A stretch of 60,177 nt of DNA, filler included, from Squatina squatina (Eukaryota): the NCBI GenBank assembly GCA_031763465.1. It is 4 parts of 4 records of this genome, joined end to end, with 100 filler letters (N's around TTAATTAATTAA, not from the genome) between each part and the next. Parts side by side here need not be neighbours in the genome. Positions count along the whole stretch, not along the records: positions 1 to 16,569 come from JARFOE010000192.1; 3 more parts are not named here. One strand, 5' to 3'. Below, piece by piece: positions 1 to 11,989 of the stretch (the stretch's first letter is position 1; the number at the start of each line of letters is the position of its first letter). A program made the translations under genes and the position numbers. The notes beneath the pieces were generated by a model that was not told the DNA's origin, did not search any database, and saw nothing but the letters and a program-made list of their open reading frames with translations.

Positions 1-30
1 TGAATGGCCTACTCCTGTTCCTATGTTCCT
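1..30 (+). mobile_element. CR1/HER1-type LINE 3' tail
   Basis: GAATGGCCTACTCCTGTTCCTATGTTCC matches the 3' end of the long CR1 copy at 41500-41538. Confidence 0.8.
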
Positions 31-36
31 GCATAT

Positions 37-490
37 GTTCACTCCTTGCTGGGGCACAGTTGCATGGGGGCTACTTGTCACCCAGTACCTTGTCCAAGTG
101 GTCTTTATGCGTATGGAACTGTGAGACATTGCGGGTTTTATGACTGCATGTCCCATCGCAGATTGTCCAACCCTGTCTTCATATGTGCCTGTTTTCACCA
201 GGGTTTGTGAGATCGCAATCACCAAGGAGGCCATCGCGGAGGAGATCAGTCCTGTCTTTGCCAGACGTTTGTACACACACACACACACACACACACACTC
301 CTACTACCGGTAGCTGGTTGGTGACCAGGAGGGAGAACCCTGACCAATAATCCCCTCGCTAACCCAAAGAATGTCGGAACAATTGCAGCAAACCTACCGT
401 TGTCCTTACTGAGGTCATTTAACGTGGCCCATGGGCTGAACCTAGAATCATCAAGGTTCTATAATTCTCAACCATTCATTGGATGAACTT
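37..490 (-). mobile_element. Degenerate SINE-like repeat containing a (CA)n tract at about 272-298
   Basis: The reverse complement resembles, from memory, a common shark SINE body (CCACTTGGACAAGGTACT...CTGTGCCCCAGCAAGGAG). It is highly decayed. Confidence 0.4.
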
Positions 491-529
491 GCAAGCCAAA
501 GTGGGGTGGTTTCAAAACCATGATATCCG

Positions 530-678
530 GAAAAGTGGATATTAAGAGAATCGAGGGATAGGGGGATCGGGCGGTAAAGTGGAGTTGAGGTAGAAGATCA
601 GCCATGATCTGATTGAATGGTGGAGCAGGATCGAGGGGCCGAATGACCAACTCCTGTTCATATTTCTTATGTTCTTAT
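530..678 (+). mobile_element. CR1 LINE 3' end fragment
   Basis: GATCAGCCATGATC...GAATGGTGGAGCAGGATCGAGGGGCCGAATGACC...TTCTTATGTTCTTAT is the same 3' UTR as 41455-41538. Confidence 0.85.
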
Positions 679-694
679 CATGCAATCGGTTTCC

Positions 695-812
695 TAGAAT
701 CATACAGCACAGAATGAGGTCGTTCGGCCCATCGTGCCTGTGCCGGCTCTGTGAAAGAGCGATCCAATCAGTCCCACTCCCCCCCGCTCTTTCCCCAGGG
801 TCCTGCAAATTT
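695..812 (-). mobile_element. HE1 SINE/HER1-like 3' tail fragment
   Basis: The reverse strand reads GGCACGATGGGCCGAACGACCTC...CTGTGCTGTATGATTCTA, a typical elasmobranch CR1-derived tail. Confidence 0.65.
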
Positions 813-1494
813 ATGCTCTCGGCAGGTGAGAGAAGTTGAAAACTGACCCCATGTATCTCAAAGCTTGGCGGTTTACAAATACAAGACCTTATTTGGAATG
901 CTTAGCTTTCTTCGTTCTTATTCCAGATAAAAGGACCAATTACAGGCATTGTGTACTGTTATTTGAAAAGGAGGTTATCGTAGCTTGTGATCTTGTATTC
1001 TTGGTTGCTTTATGGACAGAATACAGTTAATTAGTTCTTCAATATTTTTATTCTGTGGTTCAACAACCGGCATTGAAATAACTAATAATTGCAGCTTGAG
1101 TAAGATTTGGAGTTTCCATTCAAAGTACTGTAGTTAGATTTTAATGTCTCCAGATGCTTTTCCTGTCAAGTTGTGGAGAGGCTATTGTGACAAACTGGCA
1201 CTTATTCTGATCTGCCCTTGAAAAATAAAATAGAGGAAGGCAGCTGGTGAAGCAGCAGTCCCTTACTCAATCCACCTCATGCACACTGACATTAAAATGA
1301 TGGTGACAAAGAAGTAAAGCTTGTGCTTGTAAATTTTGTATCTCTATCCAAAAGGAACAGGATCACAGAAACAGAGATGCAGCTGCCACAGCCANNNNNN
1401 NNNNNNNNNNNNNNNNNNNNNNNNNNNNNNNNNNNNNNNNNNNNNNNNNNNNNNNNNNNNNNNNNNNNNNNNNNNNNNNNNNNNNNNNNNNNNN

Positions 1495-1677
1495 GCGCAA
1501 CTCTCTGTGCAAGAAACCTCTTGTCCAGGCGCTGGCTCTGTCAAGTCAATTCTTGACAGATCGCAACTGCCGGGTGTAGGCACATGCACTTCGCATGGAT
1601 ACCTTCGACAGTTGCGAGGCTTCCATGGGCGTATGCGCACTTTGTACGCAGCCCGGGAGGTCGCAAATTCAGCCCCA
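1495..1677. mobile_element. Non-autonomous DNA transposon (PIF/Harbinger-like MITE) end
   Basis: CpG-rich segment ending GCAAATTCAGCCCC. Similar termini occur at about 11990, 23001 and 45247. Confidence 0.45.
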
Positions 1678-2264
1678 TTATTGTGATTCAGCATATCTTT
1701 GTGGTTTTGTAATAATTGTAATTTACAATGCAAATATAAAAACCCAATATGCTTTTATTTGTAAATATTCACTTCTGCATGAAGGCAGCTCTTTTGAAAC
1801 TGATCATCTTTATTGTCCAAATTGTCACTTTTTATTGCTATACTATTGATCAGATCAAGTTCAAAGGATCAGATGATGTCATGCAATTACATCGCTGTAA
1901 CACTTAGGCTGCTTTAAAGGATTACAATGCCAACGCACAACTACCCCATCATGAGTCTCCTGAGCGTTAATACATCTCTATTAAGAGGCATTGAATACTT
2001 TCAAAGTGGCCAACAGGTTAGTATATCCTTGTACTTCATATTGTACAACATTAGTGGACAAATGAAGTTCAGTCCCATACAAAAAGAGGCACTGCCTTTC
2101 TAAGCAAATGTTTTAGTATTCTGTGGTTACACAGAAGTTGATGCGTATCTCATCTTTCACACCAAGTAGTATAGTACGTAATATTTATAGTGTCCCACTC
2201 TGCATGTTTAATAGTTTGAAGAATAGTGTGCAGCATTGGGAAATTTCATCCTCGATTTTCATTG

Positions 2265-2511
2265 TTTTACCATTGGCAGCCATGGTTTCAGCTGTCTGGG
2301 CCCTAAACTCTGGAATTCCCTCCTTAAAACTCTCCGCCTTTCCACCGCTCTCTCCTCCTTTAAGATACTCCTTAAATTGAACCTCTTTGACCAAGCTTTT
2401 GGTCACCTGTCCTATACTCCTTATGTGGCTCAGTATCAAAAATGTTTTGATAACACTCCTGTGGAGTGCCTTGGGACGTTAAAGGCACTATAGAAATGAA
2501 AGTTATTGTTG
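2265..2511 (+). mobile_element. L2 LINE 3' end
   Basis: TTCAGCTGTCTGGGCCCTAAACTCTGGAATTCCCTCC (FS..GPKLWNSL) followed by the GCCTTGGGAC...AAAGGCACTATAGAAATG tail. The same family occurs at 36840, 43147 and 52217. Confidence 0.8.
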
Positions 2512-4365
2512 AATTTTATTAGATGCAAGACAAACAGCAGCTGAGATCACAAACCAGCAAGGAACCACCAATATTTTAGGTACAGTATAAACATGAAGTG
2601 GCATGCTTCCAATTTTTGATTTTGATGATCAGTACTGGATATGATTCAGCTCTGCTCCCTGTCGGATTTCGTAGTCTGGTTCCAAAAATGCTCAAATTAG
2701 AATGGGGAAAAAATCAATTTCAAGCAAAGTGAGGAAAGTGGTCTTAGCAGGGTTCTAATTGAAATTCTGCATAAATTGTGTCGATTAGGATAAGAGCCAC
2801 TGATGTGAATATTCCATGAGACCTAACTGCTGAGAATACTTAACAGACATAATATGGTATCAAAAGAATTAACCCTTTAAGCATTGTTACATTTTTTGTT
2901 TTCTAACATATTTGTGGAACAAGATTTTTTAGAAGGCAAAGAAGATTGAGAGTGTTTTGATTGACAAAAGCAAGTTGGAGCAATATGTCTTGGCTTGGGA
3001 GAACTGACTTTGAATTCTGTCCTTAGCCAACAGGGCTCATGCATCCAGCAAACAGTGAGCTGTTTGTAGTTAAGTGAAAGATGAAGTGCCTTGCTGAGGG
3101 CACATGATTGTCTGGAGCCCAGTAAAATTGGATAAAGTAAGTTGAAAAACTTCCAAACTGGTAACGTTGTTTATCTTCAGGGTGTGTGTGTTAGGTTGCA
3201 GGGAAGAATTCCAAAAGTTAATGATGACTATGTTTCAACCTGCACACAATGAAGTGATGAATACTCTTCGCACCCATTGTCAACATCAAGACCTCCCAGG
3301 TCAGATAAAATGAAGATTGAATGCAATATAAACTTTTGTTTTCCATTGAATCATCAATGTGGCATCTCGTCAACCTCAAAAGAACATCCTCAACTGTACC
3401 ATTTCCATTTCTTGCACCAGCTACCTTCAATACATGGCATAATGAAAATGTTAATTACGGGCTATTTTGTGTCGTGGATTTGCACCAACTAATTACTGGG
3501 AATGAGTCTGTCCAAACTCATTTCAAATAAAACATGCAGCAGACAAACTTCATCCCATCATTTTGGCTGGGTTAAAACTGAGGTTGTAGGTCTGATAGGA
3601 TAGTGTTTTTAACCAACTGCAGCATTCTTTCCCACAGTGCCTTATTTTAAAATCTTAACATTAGCATTTGAATACTTATGCTGTGTAGTAGTAAATGAGT
3701 AACATCAGGGATAATATATGAACACAGAGAGTGATTTAGATTGCAGCAATTGGGAGGGAGAGAACAGGTCATTCTGCATATATACCTGGCACCGATATTT
3801 AGATTCATATATAACATCTTCCAACAGTCTATCTGTTAAACTAAACTGTAAAATTGAGTATATGTCATATTATATAAGTCACTCCACTGTATTTAGACAT
3901 AAAATTGCGTCAGTGATGTATCTCATCACGTTTGTTTTTGAAGCAGCACTTGAAATGTTGAGCCCTAGTATTTAAAAGCATAGTGATAATGTGGTGGCAA
4001 CATTTTCTGTTGAAACCAGATGTTGTCATTCCATTTTAACCAAGCAAGAACAGTTTATATGAACAGCTAACTTTGAGCTGAAACCAGGAAAATACTGTCC
4101 TCATCAGAATTTTACTTTTCTAGATCTCGCTATATCCGTAGCTTCGCCACATGTGACAATTACAATTTTGTTTCTAAATTTAATCTATTAGAACAGGGCA
4201 CTTCAAAAGTGCTTAATTTACTGCAGAGCACTTTGGGATGTCCTGAGGTTGTGAAAAGCACTATATAAACACAAGTCTGTCTGTGTTTGTTTCTTTTTTT
4301 GTGGTCCCAGTCTTGTTTATATGAAAGGCTTTTGAAGAGACAATTGTATTATTTAAAATAAACAT

Positions 4366-4756
4366 TGCGGGAATTTGAGGTTGTAATGACGTTGAAACTG
4401 TCGCTGTTCGCCATCATTACTCCGTAAAATGGATAGCAGCTTCTGGAATCTGCACATGCACATTCAAACGCAGAAGTTACTGTCAGTGTTGCTTCTCCAT
4501 AGGGTGCGCTGTTGCAGTCTCGCAGATGGAATTCAATTAAAATCACTGAATTGATGTGAACTTCCACTTTTTTGCGCTCTATTTTCGCTGTAATAACCCT
4601 TGAAAAAGTTATGACTTGTTGAATGAGGTGTAACTGGGTTTTTAATGGCGTACAAAGTCATAATTACTGCTGAACAACCTCTGACTCCAAAAAACTAATT
4701 ATATATTTGTGGGCACCTTTTCTTTGATGTCAGCCGCTAACTACAAAATCCAGGCC
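4366..4756. mobile_element. Putative old MITE
   Basis: Termini GCGGGAATTT... and ...AAAATCCAGGCC resemble the other MITE ends. CpG content is higher than the flanks. Confidence 0.35.
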
Positions 4757-5212
4757 ACTGTTCTGTGTTTCATATTTCACCTTCAGTAAGTCACGCTTCA
4801 GTAGTTTAAATATGCAGATATGCATATTCATTGATATTCCTTCCCATGCCCCTTTTGGGGGAGGGGGAACTGTGGGAAGATAGATGATCGCAATGAACAA
4901 GCATAATGCGCTATCAAAACAGTTAACTCTTTCGGTTGAACTTGTTATTTTTAATATTAATTATATATATCTTACCCAATGATGTATATAATCATGACAT
5001 CTTGTATACTGCGAGCTGTGAAGTAAATTTGATACTAACATTTGGTGACTACATAAATTTGTATTTTTGGCAAATTTCCCCCACCCCTAAAATTTATTTT
5101 TGAAAACCACTTNNNNNNNNNNNNNNNNNNNNNNNNNNNNNNNNNNNNNNNNNNNNNNNNNNNNNNNNNNNNNNNNNNNNNNNNNNNNNNNNNNNNNNNN
5201 NNNNNNNNNNNN

Positions 5213-5320
5213 ACCAGAATGAACCATGATGTATGTCCAGGTAAGGATGGTGTGTGACTTGCAGAGGAACTTGGAGGTGATGGTGTTTCCATGCACCTGC
5301 TGCCCTTGTTCTTCTACATA
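5213..5320 (-). mobile_element. Fragment of the CR1-group LINE family seen at 43848-45213
   Basis: GTGTGACTTGCAGAGGAACTTGGAGGTGATGGTGTTTCCATGCACCTGCTGCCCTTG aligns to 44065-44122. Confidence 0.75.
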
Positions 5321-7530
5321 ATGTAATGGGGAATATAAAACTTCCCGCTGTGCTTAGAATCCCGCAACAAAAAAAATAAGATGCCTTTATAAAATGAAGC
5401 TTTAAATACTTGCCATCACAGTTGATGTACAAACTCTCTGTTTATATTTTGAATGTGCTTTTTATNNNNNNNNNNGTGTGAGTAAAGACAGGCATGTGTA
5501 ACTCAGTGCTTCATTTCTTTGAGTTATTTTGTCACAATATTTAATAGTTCTTGCCTATATAGCAACATTGATTGCTCGTCAAAAGTAATTCATTGGTTGT
5601 AGGCTCTATATAAATGCAAGTTTCTTTAAACTAGTATGCACACTACTAACAGCCCAGTAAGCTAATGAATTTGTATTTTTTCATACAAATCTTAAGGAAA
5701 TATTTTCACTATAGTATCTGTCTACGTGGGGAGCAGGGATATAGCTGTTGGATGAGAAAGTGCTGCTACTAGCCCTCATGAGGGAACAGGAGATTATTTT
5801 GACATTGTTATTGGCAAAATTAGTGATTATTGCCAGAGGTGACAATTTTGGTACATTACTGTTTTACATTCAATAAAATTAGTTTTAATTGCATTTAGTG
5901 CTTTAGATGTTGAAGATGGCACAGCACATTACTGTACCCACGCATATTATACCTTTTGAATAGTAGGATGTGGGCTTTCTCCCTCAAGTCCACACATGAC
6001 AGCTTCCCTATCTCAGTCAGGCTGTCACTGGAACACGTTTAAGGGAGAAATATGAAATAAGTTGTCTTGATCAGTTCTCTGATACTTTGTAACAGCTGAT
6101 GGAGAGAACAAAAATTGAAGGCAGGATGTAAGTGACTTCTCAGCAAAACACTGTTTTCCCAATGCTTTAGTGTACAAACAACATACAAGCAGTTAAAAAT
6201 ATTCACGTTCTGGTTCTAAAAAATTGTTTACTTGGAACAGTTATAGTCACAAGCTATGGATAAAGTATATAATTTGAACACTGGCATGGCTGGTTTATAT
6301 TTTGAGATTAATGCAGTTTTCACCAAAATAAATTAATAATGTTGTTCCTGTCATCAACCAAATAAAATGAAATGAAATAGTAATTGCTGTCCAATTGACA
6401 TCCTTAAGGCTAAAATGGAAAAATTGTATTTCCTTTAAGCTTGTTGTTCATGGAGGTGGATGCCTCTGTGCCTCATTGCTCTCACCACTCTCTTTGTCTT
6501 TCTTATGAAAGCTGTATCGGTAAAGTATGACAAGAACACTTACAGGTCAGTCAATTACAGTCACATCCTCAAGGAGATGAATGTCATTTATATTTTGTGT
6601 GCAGACTAACTAATTTTTCATAAAATACAAGAGATTTTCATTGTAATAGATCTCCACGGACCATTTGTACATTATTAGCTTAATGTACCATTCTGAGAAG
6701 ACTGGCTAAATTTTACAGAGAAATTGCATGGTGAACTATCTGTAACTCAACATTCTTCTTGCAAAAATTCAGCCTCCTTCGAAAAATGTTAAAAAGCTGT
6801 ACCTGTGGTGCGATCAGATCTTCAATAGTTTTCCAAGGTTTAGCTATCACTGGAAAAAATGCAGAGATTTACAAGAACAAAGAGTGGTGAGAATGTGGAA
6901 CTCACTACCATATGGAGNNNNNNNNNNNNNNNNNNNNNNNNNNNNNNNNNNNNNNNNNNNNNNNNNNNNNNNNNNNNNNNNNNNNNNNNNNNNNNNNNNN
7001 NNNNNNNNNNNNNNNNNCACCACTAAACAACTAGTAAAATGGGCAGCAATACTCAGGTCTGCACACACAGGGATCACCAAATATGTCACTGTATGATATT
7101 TCATTTGTGCAATTGAACAAAGGAATTCAAATTAAGTTTGTGAACAAGTTATGTGCTTAAAAAAAAATTAAGCTGGAGCTACAAAGATGGCAAAATGTTG
7201 ATATCAGTAATGAATATTTTTCATTATATATAGCTTCAGATCCCATTCAGTATCACTCTGAAAGACCTATGGCCCATCTTACCGGTAAGTGTGCTATCCA
7301 GAAATAAGCAGGACAGAAAAATATCTAAGAAAGTATCTAAAATGTGCTGGTATTATTGAATTGAGATTTTTATATATTAAAAAGGAAAATTCATATACAT
7401 GTAACAGCAGAGTATCTTTATAGTATTAAGAATCTTTCCCATCAACGTTTTATATTATAAATTTCTATCTCTGTATTTATAATGCTAATTGCTTATGTAA
7501 ACTTGTCACAGTGTAATTACACCCTCCTAC

Positions 7531-7658
7531 CACTATACCCCCTAATTATTTGGGGGGCGTATGGTCCCTTTAGCGGGCTACGCAGACCATTCAAAGTTTT
7601 GCGCATGCATGAAATTTCACATTTGAAAAGCTGGTCCCGCAGCTTAGAGGGAATGTAG
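7531..7658. mobile_element. Degenerate hAT-like MITE
   Basis: Imperfect inverted termini CACTATACCCCCTAA and CTTAGAGGGAATGTAG. No TSD is recognisable. Confidence 0.3.
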
Positions 7659-7904
7659 CGTAGCCTCCAACCAGTGGAATAAAAATAAAGCCAGAGTGTA
7701 TATGGGGTCTGTGCACCCTGATCCAGTTATCCCCTGCTTCATCTGAAGATTGGACTTGATCTTAACTCTCCAGCCCTACTGGAGATTGACGAGTATATTC
7801 AGATACTATTGAGATTCATGAGAGTACTTGATTAGTTTTGTTTCTAACACCCTCTTACTGACTGGATACTTAAATGGTCAGCAATAATACTTAGAATAAG
7901 ATAA

Positions 7905-8138
7905 TATGGTGCTGAGAACTATTGGCCTGTTAGCCTGACATCTATCACAAGAAAAACTTTGGGATCCAATATCGGTAAAGCAATTCAAAGCAGTTAATGA
8001 ATGGCAGTAATTTCACATCAATGTGGATTTATGAAAGGAAAGTTATGTTTGACAAATTTCCTTGCAATTCTTTGAGGATACAACAGAATTGGTGGATGAG
8101 GGTAATGTGGTCACTATTGTACATCTTGACTTGCAGAA
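7905..8138 (+). pseudogene. Decayed CR1 ORF2 (RT) fragment
   Basis: Translates with frameshifts to NY.PVSLTS...GFMKG..CLTN.LQFFED.T..VDEG..V.IVHLDLQ, homologous to 40118-40537. Confidence 0.8.
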
Positions 8139-8238
8139 NNNNNNNNNNNNNNNNNNNNNNNNNNNNNNNNNNNNNNNNNNNNNNNNNNNNNNNNNNNNNN
8201 NNNNNNNNNNNNNNNNNNNNNNNNNNNNNNNNNNNNNN

Positions 8239-8342
8239 CTTCATGTGCCAGTTCAAACCGGATCAGATAGCGTCCTTATGGACATGAAAAGAGAGTATTG
8301 CATAGCGGACTTTAAACGGGTAGCAGACTTCTTGAAGGAACA
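8239..8342 (+). CDS. CDKAL1: Partial internal coding exon of CDKAL1 (threonylcarbamoyladenosine tRNA methylthiotransferase, radical-SAM domain); 5' part lost in an N gap
   Basis: [34 protein letters not shown] matches vertebrate CDKAL1 as I recall it (human [35 protein letters not shown]). It ends at a perfect phase-2 donor CA|GTAAGT. The next exon (VPGITIATDIICGFPGET) was not found in the window. Confidence 0.93.
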
Positions 8343-9194
8343 GTAAGTAACTTTGAATTTAGCTGATTGTCACTAGTCTTACTTCAAAGTCAAGCACATG
8401 TCCTAAGTATCACCTTCACATTAGAATTTTATGAAGATTAAGTATCTGATTAAAAATGATTGATGTGGTTTTTAACCGCTCCTTGCTGTTAACTACTTGC
8501 TGTGCCTTTGCAAGATTGCCATTGCATTTCAAATCTTGTTTAAATACTAAAGTGCACAGTATTTTTAATGTCTAAACTGTATTGTATATTTGAAGTTCAC
8601 TGTTTAGCTGCTGTTTCTTTTCATGTGGTTTCTTTCCAGCTGGTCCTCCTTAATTAGTATCTGAAAAGCTTCCAAGTTTTGATAACAGTGAATCAACAAT
8701 TTTTGCAGAGTATTTTTAGTTCTCAGTATAATAATCTACTTATGCAACTGCCACCTTAACTCAACCCTTGTATGTGGATTGTGACAGATAGCTAGTAATT
8801 ACTCTTCAGTTCTTCCTTTGAACAGACTTCTATGCATTTTACATTGTGTTGACAGAACAGAAAGTGATTTAAATATACGGTATCAGTTTGTTCGCTATAT
8901 GCAAAGAAAACATTGGTTTTGGCCCAAGAAATGACCATCGGATCTTCAATTTGCACCATATTTGTACTTCCTGTTGGGAGAATGGGAGGGGATGGGAGCA
9001 GAGAAGAGAAGCAGGTCATATAACGAAGGAAAATGCAAAATAAATGTAAGTTAAGTTGTAATTGCTTCACAAATTGAGTTGTCAGTTGATGAAANNNNNN
9101 NNNNNNNNNNNNNNNNNNNNNNNNNNNNNNNNNNNNNNNNNNNNNNNNNNNNNNNNNNNNNNNNNNNNNNNNNNNNNNNNNNNNNNNNNNNNNN

Positions 9195-9430
9195 CCGCAG
9201 AATGTACTAGTTCACGTTGCTCTGCATTGAACTAAATCTGACACCTATCTATCCACACCAGTACTTTACATACTTCTGCAACCTCTTGCACTCTTTCTCA
9301 CAGTTTCCCAAATTTAATAACATCAGCCAGCTTCAATATCATTCCTTCAGTGCCTTCGTCCAAATCATTTATTTCAAAGAGGTCCCGACCATAGCTCTCT
9401 GGGCATACTCCTGCCCCTGTCTTGCCAACT
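9195..9430 (-). pseudogene. Old CR1 RT fragment
   Basis: Minus-strand peptide GVCPESYGRDLFEINDLDEGTEGMILKLADVIKFG is a decayed form of the GVPQGS..GP.LF.INDLDEG...KFADD motifs. Confidence 0.7.
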
Positions 9431-11713
9431 TTATCAGAGATGGTGCATGGACAAGAAATCTTGCTCCCAATTGTGTGGTAATGCATCAATCAGATTTCAA
9501 CACTCAATTCATGTAAGAAATTCATCCCAGCACATAATTCAACCAGTGTGTACGCAGTACTAAATCCCGGTCTGGATGTAACTCATTGCACAGTTAATGA
9601 TAATACCAAAACAAATGTAAACTTACTTGGTAATTGGCTCAGTTGGTGTTTTTGAATCATTGGGATTATTTACCATTGAATTCATTTCAAATTTAAAAAG
9701 AACAGGACTGAATTTTAGGAAATAAAGCCAAGAAATGTTAATGGTTATGTTGTTAAGCAGTACTTTGCAGGCCTATGCTGTTCAGTCTAACTGGTTTGCT
9801 ATACTGCTGTTGATTTGTTTTGTCATGTGTTTGTTATGTGGCTGGGATCCAGCTTTTCTGCCCAGTCACAAAGTTCATTTTTAGCAGCAGCTGTTGGGGC
9901 CTATCTATACAGCTGAACAGTGATTGGTCACTTGCCAGAAGCCCTGTGAGGTGCAATTGTTCTCTGTTATGTAAAACTTTGAGCGGTAATTCTGCTCGCA
10001 CTGGCGGGACTGATTTACTTTGTCATATACCTGATCAACAAAAAAATGACAGCAGCAGCAGCTAGGTCAGGCAGTTCAGCTGTGAACTGTGGTCAATTGA
10101 AAACATGTCCACAAATGCAGAGAAGTGCGCAGTTTGTTTCCCTGTACTTTTGTACTCTAGATGCAGTTAAGACAAAAGATTGGATTGTTTCCCTTGTCAG
10201 GCAGTGGAGGTAATCAGTCCCGTGGCTGTTCAACCCAGTCATGCATGGGATTTATTATTTAGCTGTATGTCTGAAGTAACTGTTAATAACTGAGGGAGCA
10301 TGTTAAATTTTACCTCGATAACTTTGCTTAGTCAGGCTCATACTTGTCAGACATGAAAAGCCCAATCCTTAGATAGTTGGCCATTTACTTAAAATGTCAA
10401 CAGGCTTTAGAATTATTTAAAGTCCTTCACTTTTCCTCTTTTTGCTTTCAAAGATTTGATATCATCAGACACCCTGTGGTGATTTGCATGCTCCTCAGTC
10501 AAATTTTCCTTTGCTGTACCTGGTTCAGTAGAATTTACTCATAGCTGCAACAACTCTTTTGATCAGGTCTTTTACTTGTCTAATTGGAATTGCCTTTTTT
10601 TAAAGCGCGATGTATTCTCCTATTTTAAACTTCTGTCATCGTTATTGCTGTTACATTCCAAAAGTTATTTGATTACGTGCTACATTGATTAAAGGACATG
10701 TTTTAAAAACAGCACAAATCCCCAATTCAATTTTGTGTTTTTCAGCAGAATATTGTTGCTAAGAATTTCAATACAGTGTGCTTAAGTTTACATTTGGATG
10801 TCAAATACATGAAGTTACCATTCCATTCATATAACTGCTATACACACTGGTAGCTCACTATGTTGCTTCACTTTAATTTGATTAAGAGATGAAGATTAGA
10901 NNNNNNNNNATGGATTTCAGTGCAACATTTAACATATAACAGCAATACTGTACTATATTATTGTGGTTTCCCTTAATGGCTTTGGAGGGTCATGGGCCAA
11001 AGGTCAAGGTGGCAAAAGTGATTTTAAACTCCAATTCTGTCTGGAATCTACACAAGTACAAAGCATTGGTACCTTAGCACTTAAACTTATGTGATAGATT
11101 TTAGCGAACATGGTATTGCGGTGATCACAAAGTAGATTAAGGTTTAAAGGGTCAGTGGTCAAAACTGAAGGTCACAGAAATTATTTTCTTTGTGGCTCAA
11201 ATCTAGCTCAATACACTACTTCAAAAACATTTGAAACCTTGAAGACTGACTGAAGCTTAAGAATTATTTTGAAGAAAAGAAAAATGTTACTGATTTTCTA
11301 AAAGGACAATGTATATTGAATAATTTGGTCATGTCATATACAAAATATGACTCACATGTGAATCATTAGCCTGTCTTTTCCTTTCAGAAGGAGATACTGT
11401 GTATTTCCAGCATTATTTCATTTTGCAGCTTTTACTTTTATCTTAAGGTACCAACATACCTCTATAAAATGGCTCATAAAATATCAATAGGGCCAATCAT
11501 AGCGTATTCATTTCAAGTCCAGCAACTAATGATTAATTAATTAGACAACCCATTAACACACAGCTGAGTAAAATCCAACAAATTAGTTACCTAGCCAATC
11601 ATGAATTCCTAATNNNNNNNNNNNNNNNNNNNNNNNNNNNNNNNNNNNNNNNNNNNNNNNNNNNNNNNNNNNNNNNNNNNNNNNNNNNNNNNNNNNNNNN
11701 NNNNNNNNNNNNN

Positions 11714-11989
11714 ATAAGAACATTTATTTTTATTACAGTTGTCTAGATTGTTGAATTCTTTGGGGATTCTGTTCATAAATCTCCTTTCTTGGAGAACCTG
11801 CCCATGTGATCCCAGGGATGCTTCCAAGCCACCTGGGATCCGTGGGCCTTTACACAGGCATACTCTAAGAGAAAATACACATGGAGGCCCAGGACCCAAA
11901 CTCTCCATAGCTCTGAAGTCAGGAGGTAAGTTCATAGATCTTTTGCGAGTTGGAGGCATACTGACGCCTTTGACCGCAAATTCAGGGCC
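11714..11989. mobile_element. Harbinger-like MITE terminal portion
   Basis: Ends CCGCAAATTCAGGGCC, similar to the terminus at 1677. Confidence 0.4.

Noticed and set aside
1854-2022. Possible exon bounded by CAG and AG|GTTAGT
   Set aside because: Stops in all three frames and no recognisable homology.
3218-3530. Overlapping 69-71 aa ORFs
   Set aside because: No recognisable motif or convincing splice structure; consistent with chance or an unidentifiable old repeat.
8062-8346. ORF appearing to fuse a CR1 RT fragment to CDKAL1
   Set aside because: The two parts are separated by a 100-N gap of unknown size, so the shared frame is an artefact.
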